Source: Eledone cirrhosa (Eukaryota). From it: DNA of 64,000 nucleotides. How positions within the stretch are numbered: the stretch's first letter is position 1; each line of letters starts with the position of its first letter. Shown in pieces: positions 1-13,509 of the stretch. A program made the translations under genes and the position numbers. A model generated the notes under the pieces. That model was given only the letters and a program-made list of their open reading frames with translations. It was not told the DNA's origin and ran no database searches. The DNA lies in NCBI GenBank assembly GCA_964016885.1, contig CAXHJY010001136.1, positions 1 through 64,000 on the forward strand, given 5' to 3'.

Positions 1-1628
1 TATATATATATATATATATTATATATACATATATATATTATATATATATATACATATATATAATATATATATATATACATATATATAATATATATATATA
101 TACATATACATAATATATATATATATACATATACATAATATATATATATATATAATATATATATATACATAATATATATATATACATAATATATATATAT
201 ACATAATATATATATATACATAATATATATATATACATAATATATATATACATATATATAATAGATATATACATATATATAATAGATATATACATATATA
301 TAATATATATATACATATATATAATAGATATATACATATATATAATATATATATACATATATATAATATATATATACATATATATAATATATATATACAT
401 ATATATAATATATATATACATATATATAATATATATATACATATATATAATATATATATACATATATATAATATATATATACATATATATAATATATATA
501 TATATATAATATATATATACATATATATAATATATATATACATATATATAATATATATATATATATAATATATATATATATATATAATATATATATACAT
601 ATATATAATATATATATACATATATATAATATATATATATATAATATATACATATATATAATATATATATATATATATACATATATATAATATATATATA
701 TATATACATATATATAATATATATATACATATATATAATATATATATATACATATATATAATATATATATATACATATATATAATATATATATATATAAT
801 ATATATATATACATATATATAATATATATATATATAATATATATATAGACATATATATAATATATATATATATAATATATATATAGACATATATATAATA
901 TATATATATATAATATATATATAGACATATATATAATATATATATATATAATATATATATAGACATATATAATATATATATATAATATATATATATCATA
1001 TATATAATATATATAATATATATATATATATATACATATATAATATATATAATATATATATATATACATATATAATATATATATATATAATATATATATA
1101 TATAATATATATATATCATATATATAATATATATAATATATATATATATATACATATATAATATATATATATATACATATATAATATATATATATATACA
1201 TATATATTAGATATATATCATATATATACATATATATAATATATATATACATATATATAATATATATATATACATATATATAATATATATATATACATAT
1301 ATATAATATATATATATACATATAATATATATATATACATATATATATAATATATATATATATACATATATATAATATATATATATACATATAATATATA
1401 TATATACATATATATATAATATATATAATATATATATATACATATAATATATAATATATATATATATATATAATATATATATATACATATATATATAATA
1501 TATATATATATATATAATATATATATATACATATATATATAATATATATATATAATATATATATAATATATATATATAATATATATATATACATATATAT
1601 AATATATATATATACATATATATATAAT

Positions 1629-1660
<32 letters not shown>

Positions 1661-2402
1661 ATATATATATATACATATATATATATTATATATATATACA
1701 TATATATATATATATACATATATATATAATATATATATATACATATATATATATTATATATATATATACATATATATATAATATATATATATACATATAT
1801 ATATATTATATATATATACACATATATATATAATATATATATACACATATATATATAATATATATATATACATATATATATAATATATATATATAATATA
1901 TATATATACATATATATACATATATATATAATATATATACATATATATATAATATATATATATACATATATATATAATATATATACATATATATATAATA
2001 TATATACATATATATATAATATATATATATACATATATATATAATTATATATATATATACATATATATATAATATATATATATACATATATATAATATAT
2101 ATATATACATATATATAATATATATATATACATATATATATAATATATATATATACATATATATATAATATATATATATACATATATATATACATATATA
2201 TATACATATATATATACATATATATATACATATATATATAATATATATATATACATATATATATAATATATATATATACATAATATATATAATAATATAT
2301 ATACATATATATATACATATATATATACATATATATATAATATATATATATACATATATATATAATATATATATATACATATATATATATACATATATAT
2401 AT

Positions 2403-2456
<54 letters not shown>

Positions 2457-2710
2457 CATATATATATAATATATATATATACATATATATATAATATATA
2501 TATATATACATATATATATATACATATATATATAATATATATATATACATATATATAATATATATATATATATATACATATATCTAATATATATATATAC
2601 ATATATATAATATATATATATACATATATATAATATATATATATACATATATATAATATATATATATACATATATATAATATATATACATATATATAATA
2701 TATATATATG
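1..2710. repeat. Very long compound (TA)n microsatellite with recurrent TAA/TAC interruptions
   Basis: Seen directly: about 2.7 kb of almost only T/A, with periodic 'ataat' and 'acat' breaks. Confidence 0.98.
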
Positions 2711-2784
2711 TTTATATATATATTATATATATTAGTTTACTCAGCTGTAGAAATGAGATGATAGGGACAGGGGTCCCTATCACA

Positions 2785-2961
2785 CCACTGCAAAGTGGTC
2801 GTGGTGGGGCCACGGCAAAAAAGCACCCAGCACTCACTGTAACTGAGGTTGGTGTTAGGAAGGGCATCCAGCTGTAGAAATCAAGCCAGATCAGTTCCCG
2901 TCCCACCCTTGTAAGCAGGGAAAAAGCGGACGTAAAATGAAAATGATGATGATGATGATGA
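2785..2961 (+). mobile_element. 3' part of an octopus-type SINE with (GAT)n tail
   Basis: GTTAGGAAGGGCATCCAGCTGTAGAAA...GGACGTAAAATGA(TGA)n; same motif at 5561-5724 and in reverse at 3160-3340 and 34670-34870. Confidence 0.75.
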
Positions 2962-3372
2962 ATCATCATTTAAGGTCCACTTTCCCTGTTACCATGGATC
3001 GGACAGGTCTACATAGACTAAGTCAGTATTGAAGCGGTGGCTACTGATCTCCCAGACAAGCTAGGGTTCTGCCGTCTCGCTTATGTACAGTCGTGCACAG
3101 GGGAGGCCGTCATGTCTTTGACACAACTGATGCCCTCCCAACCTTATGTTTGGCAAGCTTTCTACAGCTAGATGCCCAACATATCACCAACCACTTTACG
3201 GCATGTACTGAGTGTGTTTATCATGTAGATTACCAACACTAGGGAGGCTGACATGAGTGAAAGGTCCTCCCAATCCTTTGTTTGAAAAGTTTTCTACGAC
3301 TGGATGCCCTTCCTATTACCAACCACTTGACGTGTACTGGGTGTATTTATCATGTAGATCACCAAACATTAG
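2962..3372 (-). mobile_element. Decayed reverse-orientation copies of the same SINE 3' region, internally repeated
   Basis: Begins ATCATCATTTAAGGTCCAC (reverse of the tail); TTTCTACAGCTAGATGCCC...ACCAACCACTT...TATCATGTAGAT occurs twice (~3160 and ~3290). Confidence 0.6.
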
Positions 3373-3374
3373 TG

Positions 3375-4547
3375 ACCCCAAGACAGTTCCATGGGGCATG
3401 CCACTTGTTACTGACATTTCCTTTGTGAGGACCCCATAAGCTGCAACAATCTGGCTTCTGTCTTTTAAGAAGTCATGAAGTCATGCAGTCATTCACCTAG
3501 TTTTAAAGCTATGCCAAAGCTATGTAGTTTGTGACATCATTCCATGATCAACCTTGTCAAAGGCCTCCACAAAGTCAAGATATATCACATCTATGTTCAA
3601 ACGGTCTAACAGATGTTTGAGTATCCAGTAAGAGCTGCATAAGACAACTTCTACCCAGGGGAAAGCCATGCTGGGCGTCAGATCATGTTCTGCTTCCTCC
3701 TTTACGGATAGGAAATACTATGCCTTCTTTTAGTTTTATAGGTAGTTTACCATTTGCAAGGGATCTTTGCTAATGTTCATTCGCATGTTTTTAGGACTGC
3801 TGGGAAACCATCAGGGCCAGCTGCCAAATTTGGTTTCATTTCATCTTTCTCTTTTATATCTATGTGGTTGATGGTTGCCATTTCTCCATAGTTGTGTAGT
3901 TGTGTTGAAGAACTCATCTGGTTTATTTATTTGCATGTGACTCACTTTTGTATTGTTAATTCAGTGCCTCACTTATCTCTTGGGGGACTGCAGTCAGTAA
4001 GCCACTTTTATGGAAAAGTGTCTATCCCATACTGTACCGAGGTGGTCTCTTATGCAAATATAAAGGCCTTAGGGTTCAACTTTGTTTTCTATAGCCCTGG
4101 CTTCTCTTTCTGCCCTCTCCTTTTCATGGGAGAGCTTGACTTCATTTTCAGTTTGAAACTTCAAATGGGATTCCATCTTGTTCCTTACTTGTGTATGTAA
4201 CCAGTTTGAGATCTTCATTCTGCTTCTCATAAGGATCCTCCTGTCCCTGGGAATAATATTCTTGTGTCTGTTGGCCTCTCTTTCTGGGGCAAATTTGCAG
4301 CATATGGCTTGTATTATTTCCATGAATTGCTGAAGTTGTATGTTGACATCTACCATAGAGAAACTGTCAGTACAGTTTTACTTCAGGAGCTCCTCCTGAA
4401 TCCTTTTCCAGTTAGCAATGTGGAAGTTTAAGCTGGATAGAGACAGAGTGCTTCCTGTAGGCTGTATATTTAGTCTGCCTTGGACTATACATTCCTAGTT
4501 CTACTATGTTATGGTCTGAGAAAATTGTTGGTGTCACTTTCACAGTG
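3375..4547 (-). mobile_element. Decayed CR1/L2-like LINE ORF2 fragment (APE end plus RT)
   Basis: Minus-strand translation gives TPTIFSDHNIVEL (APE SDH motif, ~4500-4540) and DVIYLDFVEAFDKVDHG (RT, ~3540-3590); many stops and deletions. Confidence 0.8.
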
Positions 4548-4764
4548 TTATATACATACATACATACATACATACATACATACATACATACATACACATA
4601 TATATATATATACATACATATAAACATGCATACACACATATTTTCATACGTACATACATACATACACACATATACATAGATATCCTACATATATATATAT
4701 ATATGTATATACATATACTTATATACATATATTTATTAAAAAAAAGTCTAAAGTCTGTCTCGAA

Positions 4765-5019
4765 TTCGGAGGTGAATAAGGCTTGTGCTTATCCAGTTTC
4801 CGTGGCATGAAGCGACTGAGAGAACAAGACTTAACCCTAGACAGGACGCCAGTCCATCACAGGGTTAAACCCCCAGCTATTGCTGGTATTCAATTTCAGC
4901 TGAGTATACTGGAGCAACGTAAAATAAAGTGTTTTGCTCAAGGAAACAATACCCAGTCCGGGAATCGAACGTACGTTATAATCATACACGTCTAACACAC
5001 AATAAGCCACACGCCTCCA
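4765..5019 (-). mobile_element. tRNA-derived SINE with CORE/V-like central region
   Basis: Minus strand: GGAGGCGTGTGGCTTA (A box-like), GTTCGATTCCC (B box), TTGTTTCCTTGAGCAAAACACTT, CCTGTGATGGACTGGCGTCCTGTC, AGTCGCTTCATGCCACGGAAAC. Confidence 0.75.
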
Positions 5020-5557
5020 CACATGTATGTGTATGTATATACATGTATATATACATATACACACACATTGCATACACACATATACACACACACACATATA
5101 TATATACACACGCACAAACACACACATTGCATACACATATATATATACACACGCACACACACATTGCATACACATATATATACACACACACACACACATT
5201 GCATACACATATATATATACACACGCACACACACATTGCATACACATATATATACACACACACACACATTGCATACACATATATATATACACACGCACAC
5301 ACACATTGCATACACATATATATACACACACACACACACATTGCATACACATATATATACACACCCACACATTGCATACACATATATATACACACGCACG
5401 CACACACACACATATTGCATACACATATATATACACACGCACACACACACACACACACATATATATACATACACACATATATATACATATACACATATAT
5501 ATATACATATACATATATATATATACATATACACATATATATACATATACACATACA
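5020..5557. repeat. CA/TA-derived minisatellite, unit ~ACACACATTGCATACACATATATAT (about 10 copies)
   Basis: Seen directly. Confidence 0.9.
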
Positions 5558-5560
5558 TTA

Positions 5561-5724
5561 CCACACTGTAAATGTGGTTGGTTAGGAAGGGCATCCAGCC
5601 GTAGAAAACCTGCCAGATAGTCCCATATGAGCGAGACACGGTCACCCGACCAACCTTGCCTCAAATTGGGACAACTCCCGTCTAACCCATGCTAGCGTGG
5701 AAGATGGACGTTAAACGAAGATGA
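5561..5724 (+). mobile_element. Octopus-type SINE 3' part
   Basis: GGTTGGTTAGGAAGGGCATCCAGCCGTAGAAA...AACCCATGCTAGCGTGGAAGATGGACGTTAAACGAAGATGAT. Confidence 0.75.
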
Positions 5725-6007
5725 TTACATACATACATATATGCACACACGCACACACATATATATACATACATACACATATATATATATTATATATATA
5801 CATACATACATACACACATATATACATGCACACACATATATATATGTATATACATAGATATATATATACACACATATATACATACACATATATACATACA
5901 CACATATATATACATGCACACATATGTATATACATACACACATATGTATATACATACACACATATATACATACACATATATGTATATACATACACATATG
6001 TATATAC

Positions 6008-6412
6008 ATGGTGGCTGCCAACTCGTTTTCGAGTACGGCCACTACTTTATATCAATGTAGGAGAACGCCTACCGATGCGCTGAAAGAGTGACTTTTTAAT
6101 CCAGCCAGCGACTTGAAAACTCTGGTACAAACACTACACCTGTGACAATTATTGACACATAGTGCTGGGCCCATGGTACCATGTGACGACAAGTGCAGAG
6201 AGATCTCCAGATATAAAGCAATGCCTGTGCCGTGAAGCTTTTATAGTGAGCAAAGGCACTGCACAAAGCCAGTCCCACTCTCTTAACCAAGATGATATTT
6301 ACCAAAAAGAAGAACAAGTCAACATCATTGGATACAATCAGGGTTGCAGGTGTTATATCAGAGTTTTCCTTCTCCTAGAATTCTGCCTTGACAAAGGCTA
6401 AGGGGTCATCTC
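6008..6412 (-). mobile_element. Non-coding retroposon with 3' stem-loop and (TATG)n-type tail, 5'-truncated copy
   Basis: Near-identical inverted copy at 39447-39876 and diverged relative at 10517-11047; all share the same terminus (GCAGC(C/T)ACCATGTAT). Confidence 0.8.
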
Positions 6413-6522
6413 TCTCTCTATATATATATATATATGGAAAGTTATATTTAAAATTGTTGGGTTACAACTAGTAAATATTTATAACTGATATAAAAGCACT
6501 CGACAAATATTTGGAGTATATT

Positions 6523-6895
6523 TACAATATTAAATAAATGGAAACTATATTTATAAAACCATATTTATTTCATTATATATATTTCAGGGATATCATATTA
6601 ACAATATGCTATGCCTTCCTCAGACAAAATACAATATAAACAGTTTTATAGATAAATAGATTCGACATACCGTAACAACATCGACTTGCATTTGAAGAGG
6701 TTGATTTGGCAAATCAACCTCTTCAAATGCAAGTCGATGTTGTTACGGTATGTCGAATCTATTTATCTATAAAACTGTTTATATTGTATTTTGTCTGAGG
6801 AAGGCATAGCATATTGTTAATATGATATCCCTGAAATATATATAATGAAATAAATATGGTTTTATAAATATAGTTTCCATTTATTTAATATTGTA
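6523..6895. repeat. 373-bp essentially perfect palindrome (centre 6709) carrying two mirror-image HHR motifs
   Basis: Arms 6523-6708 and 6710-6895 are reverse complements by eye; single-arm homologue at ~24410-24545. Confidence 0.93.
6787..6852 (+). ncRNA. Type I hammerhead ribozyme motif (mirror copy at 6566-6631, minus strand)
   Basis: Stem I UAUUUUGU/AUGAAAUA; core CUGAGGA; extended stem II AGG..CCU; GAAA; stem III AU-[AUAU]-AU; AUA triplet. Confidence 0.75.
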
Positions 6896-6910
6896 TATAT
6901 ATATATATAT

Positions 6911-6943
<33 letters not shown>

Positions 6944-7638
6944 CACATACACACACATATATACACACACAAGTACATATATCTATGCATATATATGTAC
7001 ACATAAATATATGTACACCGTAGAAAGCAAGCCCAAAGTAGTTATGTATAAGCATCTATGTGTATGTATATATCACACACACGTGTGTGTGTGTGTGTGT
7101 GTGATACACGACCACTTAGTAGTGGACTGGGCGACTTTTGTCGTGACAGCAAAACGACCACTTTACAGTGGCCAGCGTTTGACGTGGGGGGGGGGGGTAT
7201 GTGTGGATTGGAGAGGTAGATCTAGAGTGGTTAGGGGGGACTTATCTGGTAGAGGATGGTGTGTTAGGGAGTAGGTGGGGTGATGGATGTATTTATGTGT
7301 ATTTATACATACATAAATGTAAGTATGTACACGTACACACACACATATACATATGTACGTACGTATATGTGTGTGTGTGTGTGTGTGTGTTGTGTGTACG
7401 GGTGCATACACTTATGTATCAGCTGTTCTAGGGCGAGAAATAAAATTCTAATTTTATATATACATATATAAATATATATACACATATACATAATATATAT
7501 ACACAAGTATACACACACAAATATACATACATAAATATACATGCATATATCCGGGAGATAAATATACATGCATATACATAAATATACATGCATATATACA
7601 CACAAATATACATACATATACACATATATATGCTCATA

Positions 7639-7671
<33 letters not shown>

Positions 7672-7877
7672 GTATATACACACATGTATATACACACGTT
7701 TATATACACATACTCGTGTGTATATATATATGCACACACACACACACCTATATATATATATATGCATACACATATATATGCACACATATATATACACATA
7801 CACGTGTGTATATATATATATATGCACACACATACACCTATATATATATATATGCATACACACATATATATGCACAC

Positions 7878-7917
<40 letters not shown>

Positions 7918-8044
7918 CCACACATATATATGCACACATATATACATATATATATACACACACATACAAAGAGAGTGAGAGTGATGGATTATTATACTTT
8001 CTGATGTTCATGTGTATGTATCCATATAATTTATTTCACATTTC

Positions 8045-8160
8045 GGCAGTCCACTCAGCTGTCGTACTTGTAATTCAATGGGACAACCTTGTCACAGGGA
8101 TTCAACCTTGTCACGGGGATTCTCCCTGAGAACTACATTAATTGTACTGTCTGTGGCATG
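8045..8160 (+). mobile_element. Fragment of an octopus-type CORE-like SINE body
   Basis: CAGTCCACTCAGCTG...CCTTGTCACA...CTCCCTGAGAACTAC; related reverse fragment at ~26845-26970. Confidence 0.5.
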
Positions 8161-9689
8161 CCGAGACATCGTCGTCGGAACCGATGGAGATCCACCACAC
8201 ACACACATATATATATATGTATATATATTTGAGAGAGAGAGAGAACACTGTACATATTAAGAAGCGAAATCCTTACCCTAAAATTTGTTGGTACCTGAAT
8301 CCAGTATCCAGTATGGTAAATGAAATTGTGTTTATATATATATAAAGAAAATGTTGTGTTTATGTAATCCAGAAGTGTTGCGGACAGTCTTCACCACTCA
8401 CCACCACACGTGGGAGGGGGGGTTAAAAAATGGGGCTAGCTAAAGCAGTTTTAACTGGCCCCATTTAACCTCAATATCCCATACTCCTTTTCAATCTCTC
8501 TTCCTTTTCGGATGTTCGATGTCTTGTGATGAGTTAACGGTTGAATACCACCAGGAGATATTTATTATATAATAATAAAGGACGTCTTTGGTTTTCTTGT
8601 GTTGTTTTTTTTTTAATTGGGAGACCCCTAGTCAGGGCCTCCGTTCAGTATAAATATGTATTCTCCGATAAATGCCGATCTGTTTGTCTACGAGAGAGAA
8701 GAAAAGCAATCAGTAAGCAATGCAAGTCAATCCATGATAGAAAACATAAGTATTAGTAATACTTCCAGTTATTCTTAAAAAAATATGTGTATGGCTGTGT
8801 GGATAGCGATGTAGTGGCTTGTGTATCAAACGACATGCTTTTTATAACATTGCAAACTGATGACATTGGCAAGTTTAAAAGATATATTTGCTTTCATGTG
8901 TATATGAGATGTGAGTGTGTTGAAGAAAAAAAACACTGACAGATGGGTATATATATATATATAATGTATGTATATATTCCTGTGTATGTATGTAGGTATG
9001 AACTGAAAAATGTTATTTACAACTGCTATGTCATTCGTCTTTTTGAATGTATAAATATATATTTATGTGTGTGTGCATATATATATATATATATTATTGT
9101 TACGGCCAAAGACAACTGTTATAAAGCTTAAGCTTATCAGCTTTATAACGTGCCGTTCTGTCCTGGCCTTCAAAACTTATCTGCTTCTGCTCGTGTCTCG
9201 CCAGCCGGGCTGAGTATTGTCGTAAAGAAGGGTGGGTATGGTAAGAGAAAGAGTGAGAGAAAAACAAGAAGAAAAGCCGGGCTTGAGTGTTGTCATGAAA
9301 GGGAGGGATATTGTTACAGAGAAAGAGTGGGAGTAAACAAGAGGGATGGGAAGAGTTTGTCAGTTTGTGTCTCTTACAAAATCTTAAGTGTGGTAGCGGC
9401 AACACCAGTTACAGTAGGAGTAAGAATCCGAAGAGAAAATAAGGATAACACTGAGATAGAATGTAGCGAGAGGGTTAAAAAGAATAGATGAACGTGGGAA
9501 TGGAATAAGAGAAGAATGAGGAGACGGAAGACTAGAAGCAGAAAGGACAGATAGAAAGAGAAGGCGAACAAGATAATATATTGAGAAAGAGTAAGGGAGA
9601 GAAGCAACAGTAGACTGAGGAAATCGTGAAATAGAATGAGAAAACAAAGAAAAACATGTATAATGTTGAGGTAAATATAGACTGAGGAG

Positions 9690-9742
<53 letters not shown>

Positions 9743-10516
9743 CTCAATCACGCTGCGCGACACCTTGGGCAAGTGTCTTCTTTTATATGTATGTGTGTAT
9801 GTTTGTTGGTTTTTCCCACCTTATAATACAATAGTAGCAAGAAATTGAAACTGAAAGTACGATTTGTTTAATTATCTGAAAGTGAAAAAAATGCTTATAT
9901 ATAATCATTAGAAAAAGCTCGATACACAGACAGAATATCATGTAAAGATAGAAAGAAGAATACACACTACTCCAACCAGGTGAGCGACAATTATTTAGAT
10001 GTAAACGGCGGAAAATGACGTGACTTTGCGCCTGCGCATAAGCAGACATTGGATTTATACCCGGTTTCGGTTATGTTTCTATGTCATTAAGCATGCGTTA
10101 CGGGAAGTCAAGACAGATTTACGTTCATATACCTATATATATAGAGAGAGAGAATAGGAAAAGAGTCAGGACCCCGGCGACTGAGCTCCAGCAGTTTCGA
10201 CAGCTAGATTCGAACCGTTATGGTCCGCCTGGTATCTTACCACACCTTCTTTGTTATATATATGTAGATAGCTATATGAAAGTTTTTTTCTGAGTGTTCC
10301 TTATAATCTGAAGAAGGAAATGTTAAGTCCCGAAATATTAAGATCAAAGAAACAATAGCAACAAAATAAAACAAAACAAAGATTACCAGGACGCTTTTTC
10401 GTTACCTTCATCTTACCGACCATTTTGCATTGTTTTAGCCTTATATCACTTTCCACATTATATAGAATGCTTCAAGCAAACTACACGTTATATATATATA
10501 TATATATACATACATG

Positions 10517-11047
10517 GTAGCTGCAAACTCTGCTAAGAGTATTGCAATCGCTTGTCAGATTACAGAAAATGGTGCACCTTTAGGCTACGGCCAGCCACAC
10601 GAACCTGTAATAGATCCTGAACAAGCAATGCCTGTGCTTTGAAGGTTTTTTTAAGTGGAGAAAGGCCTTGCACACGACCAATCCCACTCTCTGAGCATCG
10701 AAAACACTACCCGAAAAGGAGAACTTGTCAACATCTTCGGATGCTTCCGAAGCCGCAGGGTTTTTTTTTTTTTTTTCAGATTTTACCTCTCCTAGAAAGG
10801 TGTTGTGACAACAACTGGAGGTCTTTCACTCGCAGGTGGGAAAAAAAAATACTATCTGGATGGCCGTTGACTCTGTTGAGTTACGCCGCTCTTTCCCGGG
10901 TCTTGTATTTCATCCCGCAGGGTGTCCAAATATCACCCTCCTCACCAATCGAGCGTGGTAGGGTTGCTGGTTTAGTCGCCGACGACCCGACCATGAAATA
11001 TTGTCAGGTCGCTCTCGAGTGCTACTGGTAACATGTAATCCAGTACA
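10517..11047 (-). mobile_element. Longest copy (about 530 bp) of the non-coding (TATG)n-tailed retroposon family, diverged subfamily
   Basis: Shares AAGCAATGCCTGTGC, CCCACTCTCT, GTCAACATC, CTCCTAGAA and GGATGGCC blocks with 6008-6412 and 39447-39876; flanked by TACA repeats; 10860-10992 is also similar to 55762-55894. Confidence 0.7.
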
Positions 11048-11257
11048 ACATACATACATACAAACAATCTTGGGACCACACGCCAAGATTCCATGAACAG
11101 AGATCGCGATAGCATCCTCCAATAGGATTATGCTAATCACGTCTCTTTCAACGTCATCGCACCTCACCCTCCTTAAGTATACAACTGGAGCCTATCTGAT
11201 CACTCCAAATACTAGTCCTCGCAATCACCGACGGTCATTCGTGGCGAACATTTACAG

Positions 11258-11582
11258 CAGAGGTTCTCAAACGTTTTGGGCCACTTCGAGGCCATGAAAT
11301 ACCCTCAGCGCCCGACTCTTATTTACAGAGAGACTTGCCTACACGCAAATTGTAAATAATGTATAATAAATAAAATCGTTAATTTATCAATAAAAAATAA
11401 TATATGTACTATGCATAAATAAATATCATACTTTTTATTTTACTATATTTATATATAATATGTATCATTTGATATTTGATATACTATTATATCATCTCTA
11501 GCAAATCCTTATGTCTCTCTGCGCCCCCCTGGATCTTCTCAACGCCCCACGGGATTGGTAGCGCCCACTTTGAGAACCTCAG
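11258..11582. mobile_element. hAT (Charlie/MER5-like) MITE
   Basis: TIRs CAGAGGTTCTCAAA / TTTGAGAACCTCAG around an AT-rich interior. Confidence 0.75.
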
Positions 11583-11897
11583 ATCTACGTCGTATCTAGT
11601 ACAATATTTCAGCAATTGGCACTTCTTTTCAGAGCTAGAAAATGAATGACGCTCGTGACAATGCTGCAGTATCTCACATTGATTTTCAAGATTGCATCCA
11701 GAGAAAAGCCTCTCAATTAATCAGTACAAAGTTACTCACAGACATTAACTAATCTCTGGCACACAGACGTGCTACCTCCTCCCTCCGCCTCTTTTATCCC
11801 AACTATAATGGCCTCAGTTCCATCAGAGCTTGTTAGTCTCGTGCCACCACCTTACAGGCAATCCCTACTTATTCGCCTGTCATCCTCTAACAATTAT

Positions 11898-12080
11898 TGT
11901 TTCTACTTTGGGCACAAGACCAGCAATTACCTCAGTGCATTACTGGTGCTTTATTTTATCGACCCTGTAAGGATGAAAGGCAAAGTTAACCTCGGCGGGA
12001 TTTGAACTGAGAACGTTAAGGACTATAACGTTGCAAAGCTGGTGTCTGACGCTCTATCGATACTGCCAATCCACTGCCCT
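11898..12080 (-). mobile_element. tRNA-derived SINE family A (Nin/Deu-like central block)
   Basis: A/B boxes plus TTTGCCTTTCATCCTTAC(G/A)GGGTCGATAAAATAAAG; AACAATTAT duplicated on both flanks. Confidence 0.9.
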
Positions 12081-12137
12081 AACAATTATGTCCAGTCATT
12101 TCTGTTTAGAACGTTGACCAGCTGAAATGCCCTGCAT

Positions 12138-12440
12138 CAGTGATTCCCAACCTTTTATGCCCCGTGCCCCACCTTATCATCTCAAACATTTTAATGCCCC
12201 ACTTTGATATAAACACAGCAATGATCAACTACAAAGTGTAAATAAATTGGTGTATGGGTGATGCCAGATGCACATTAACATGTGTGGAGGAGGTGAGACA
12301 GGAGTTCCCGACAATAATTTGTTCCAAAGTTGCCTTGGTGTAAAGGTAATAAGGTAAAACCTGAAGTTTGCTCTCATTAACATCATTTTCAAATTGCCCC
12401 CCTTCAATATTCAAATTGCGCTCCACGTTGGGAATTACTG
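12138..12440. mobile_element. hAT MITE with 8-bp TSD
   Basis: TIRs CAGTGATTCCCAAC / GTTGGGAATTACTG; flanks CCCTGCAT / CCCTACAT (7 of 8 match). Confidence 0.88.
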
Positions 12441-12787
12441 CCCTACATGTTCTTGTCTTTCGATTTGTAACAGTTTAAGTAAAACATTAACGGCATCACT
12501 CCAGTCTCGGTGGATTTGTGAAGGCCATGGTTATTACACCAACTTCTAGTCATTAGTCATGCCAACAAAAACGATAAATGTACACGTATGTGTGTACATA
12601 TACACAAAAAGAAATAGAGAGCGTGAGACTATTTGAGTGGGAGTGTAAATCAAGGTAGGGAAGGTAAATAATAATAGAATAGAACTAGAGAAAGCGAGAC
12701 AATAAAAGATAGTTGAATAAAATTACAGTTAAACATTTCCAAGGACATGATATATTTTATATAGACCCATACATATTTATATATATA

Positions 12788-12864
12788 CAGGGTGTCCCAA
12801 AAAACGTATACACACTTCTGTTAGAATGCTGTTGAAGTGTGTATGCATTTAGGGGGACACGCTA
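12788..12864. mobile_element. Tiny Tc1/mariner-type MITE in TA context
   Basis: CAGGGTGTCCC...TACACACTT / AAGTGTGTA...GGGACACGCTA inverted ends flanked by TA. Confidence 0.65.
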
Positions 12865-12870
12865 TATATA

Positions 12871-13058
12871 TATATAAATGGCTTCTACAGAACTAGAACT
12901 ATTTCATTCGAAGGAAATCATCAGGGCTTTGCTGATGATTTCCTTCGTATGAAACAATTCTAGTTCTGTAGAAGCCATTTATATATTAAATATTTATACC
13001 TTGCTATGTATCGAGTACCTTACTTACTGTGGTTACCCCCGATTGAACTCGGGACGGA
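12871..13058. mobile_element. PLE pLTR-like unit: about 115-bp palindrome with two decayed HHR motifs plus tail
   Basis: Arms 12871-12924 and 12932-12985; CTGATGA...GAAA on each arm; rearranged homologue at 28200-28330. Confidence 0.7.
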
Positions 13059-13309
13059 CACACACACACACACATATATATATATTAGCTAACAGTATCA
13101 CTAACAGACCGTAAATCATAATAGTCGTTTAGGAAATCATATACAATAAGTAAACATTGGGTAAACACATACAGATTTTGTTATGGGTATTTTAATCTGT
13201 GATTATGTGATTATGTGTTACAGCGACTTCAGTAGCCACGTGTGAACTCCAAACATGAGTATTTCAGGATGTTTATCCTTCTTCAGTGACGTTTACTCAC
13301 TCTATTAAT

Positions 13310-13340
<31 letters not shown>

Positions 13341-13377
13341 AGTAACTTAATTTTATAATTTTCTTATCTTACGTCTC

Positions 13378-13492
<115 letters not shown>

Positions 13493-13509
13493 TATATATA
13501 TATTATTAT

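Noticed and set aside
19-2690. Long Y/I-rich ORFs up to 568 aa
   Set aside because: They are translations of a (TA)n array that lacks stops on one strand
6162-6401. 79-aa ORF duplicated at 39478-39717
   Set aside because: It lies inside a young repeat, is not preserved in the diverged copy at 10517-11047, and has no recognisable domain
4837-7978. C/V/Y/M- and H/T/I-rich ORFs (also at 31656-32682 and 61946-62827)
   Set aside because: Microsatellite artefacts, open in several frames at once
9105-9150. Small palindrome resembling an HHR on the minus strand
   Set aside because: Both core boxes are mutated (CUGAUAA, AUAAAC)
10300-10346. CUGAAGA...GAAAUAUUA hammerhead-like motif
   Set aside because: Stem I does not pair; counted only as a possible relic
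13250-13293. Minus-strand CUGAAGA-AGGAU/AUCCU-GAAA motif
   Set aside because: Stem II is perfect but no valid UH site with a pairing stem I was found; relic at best
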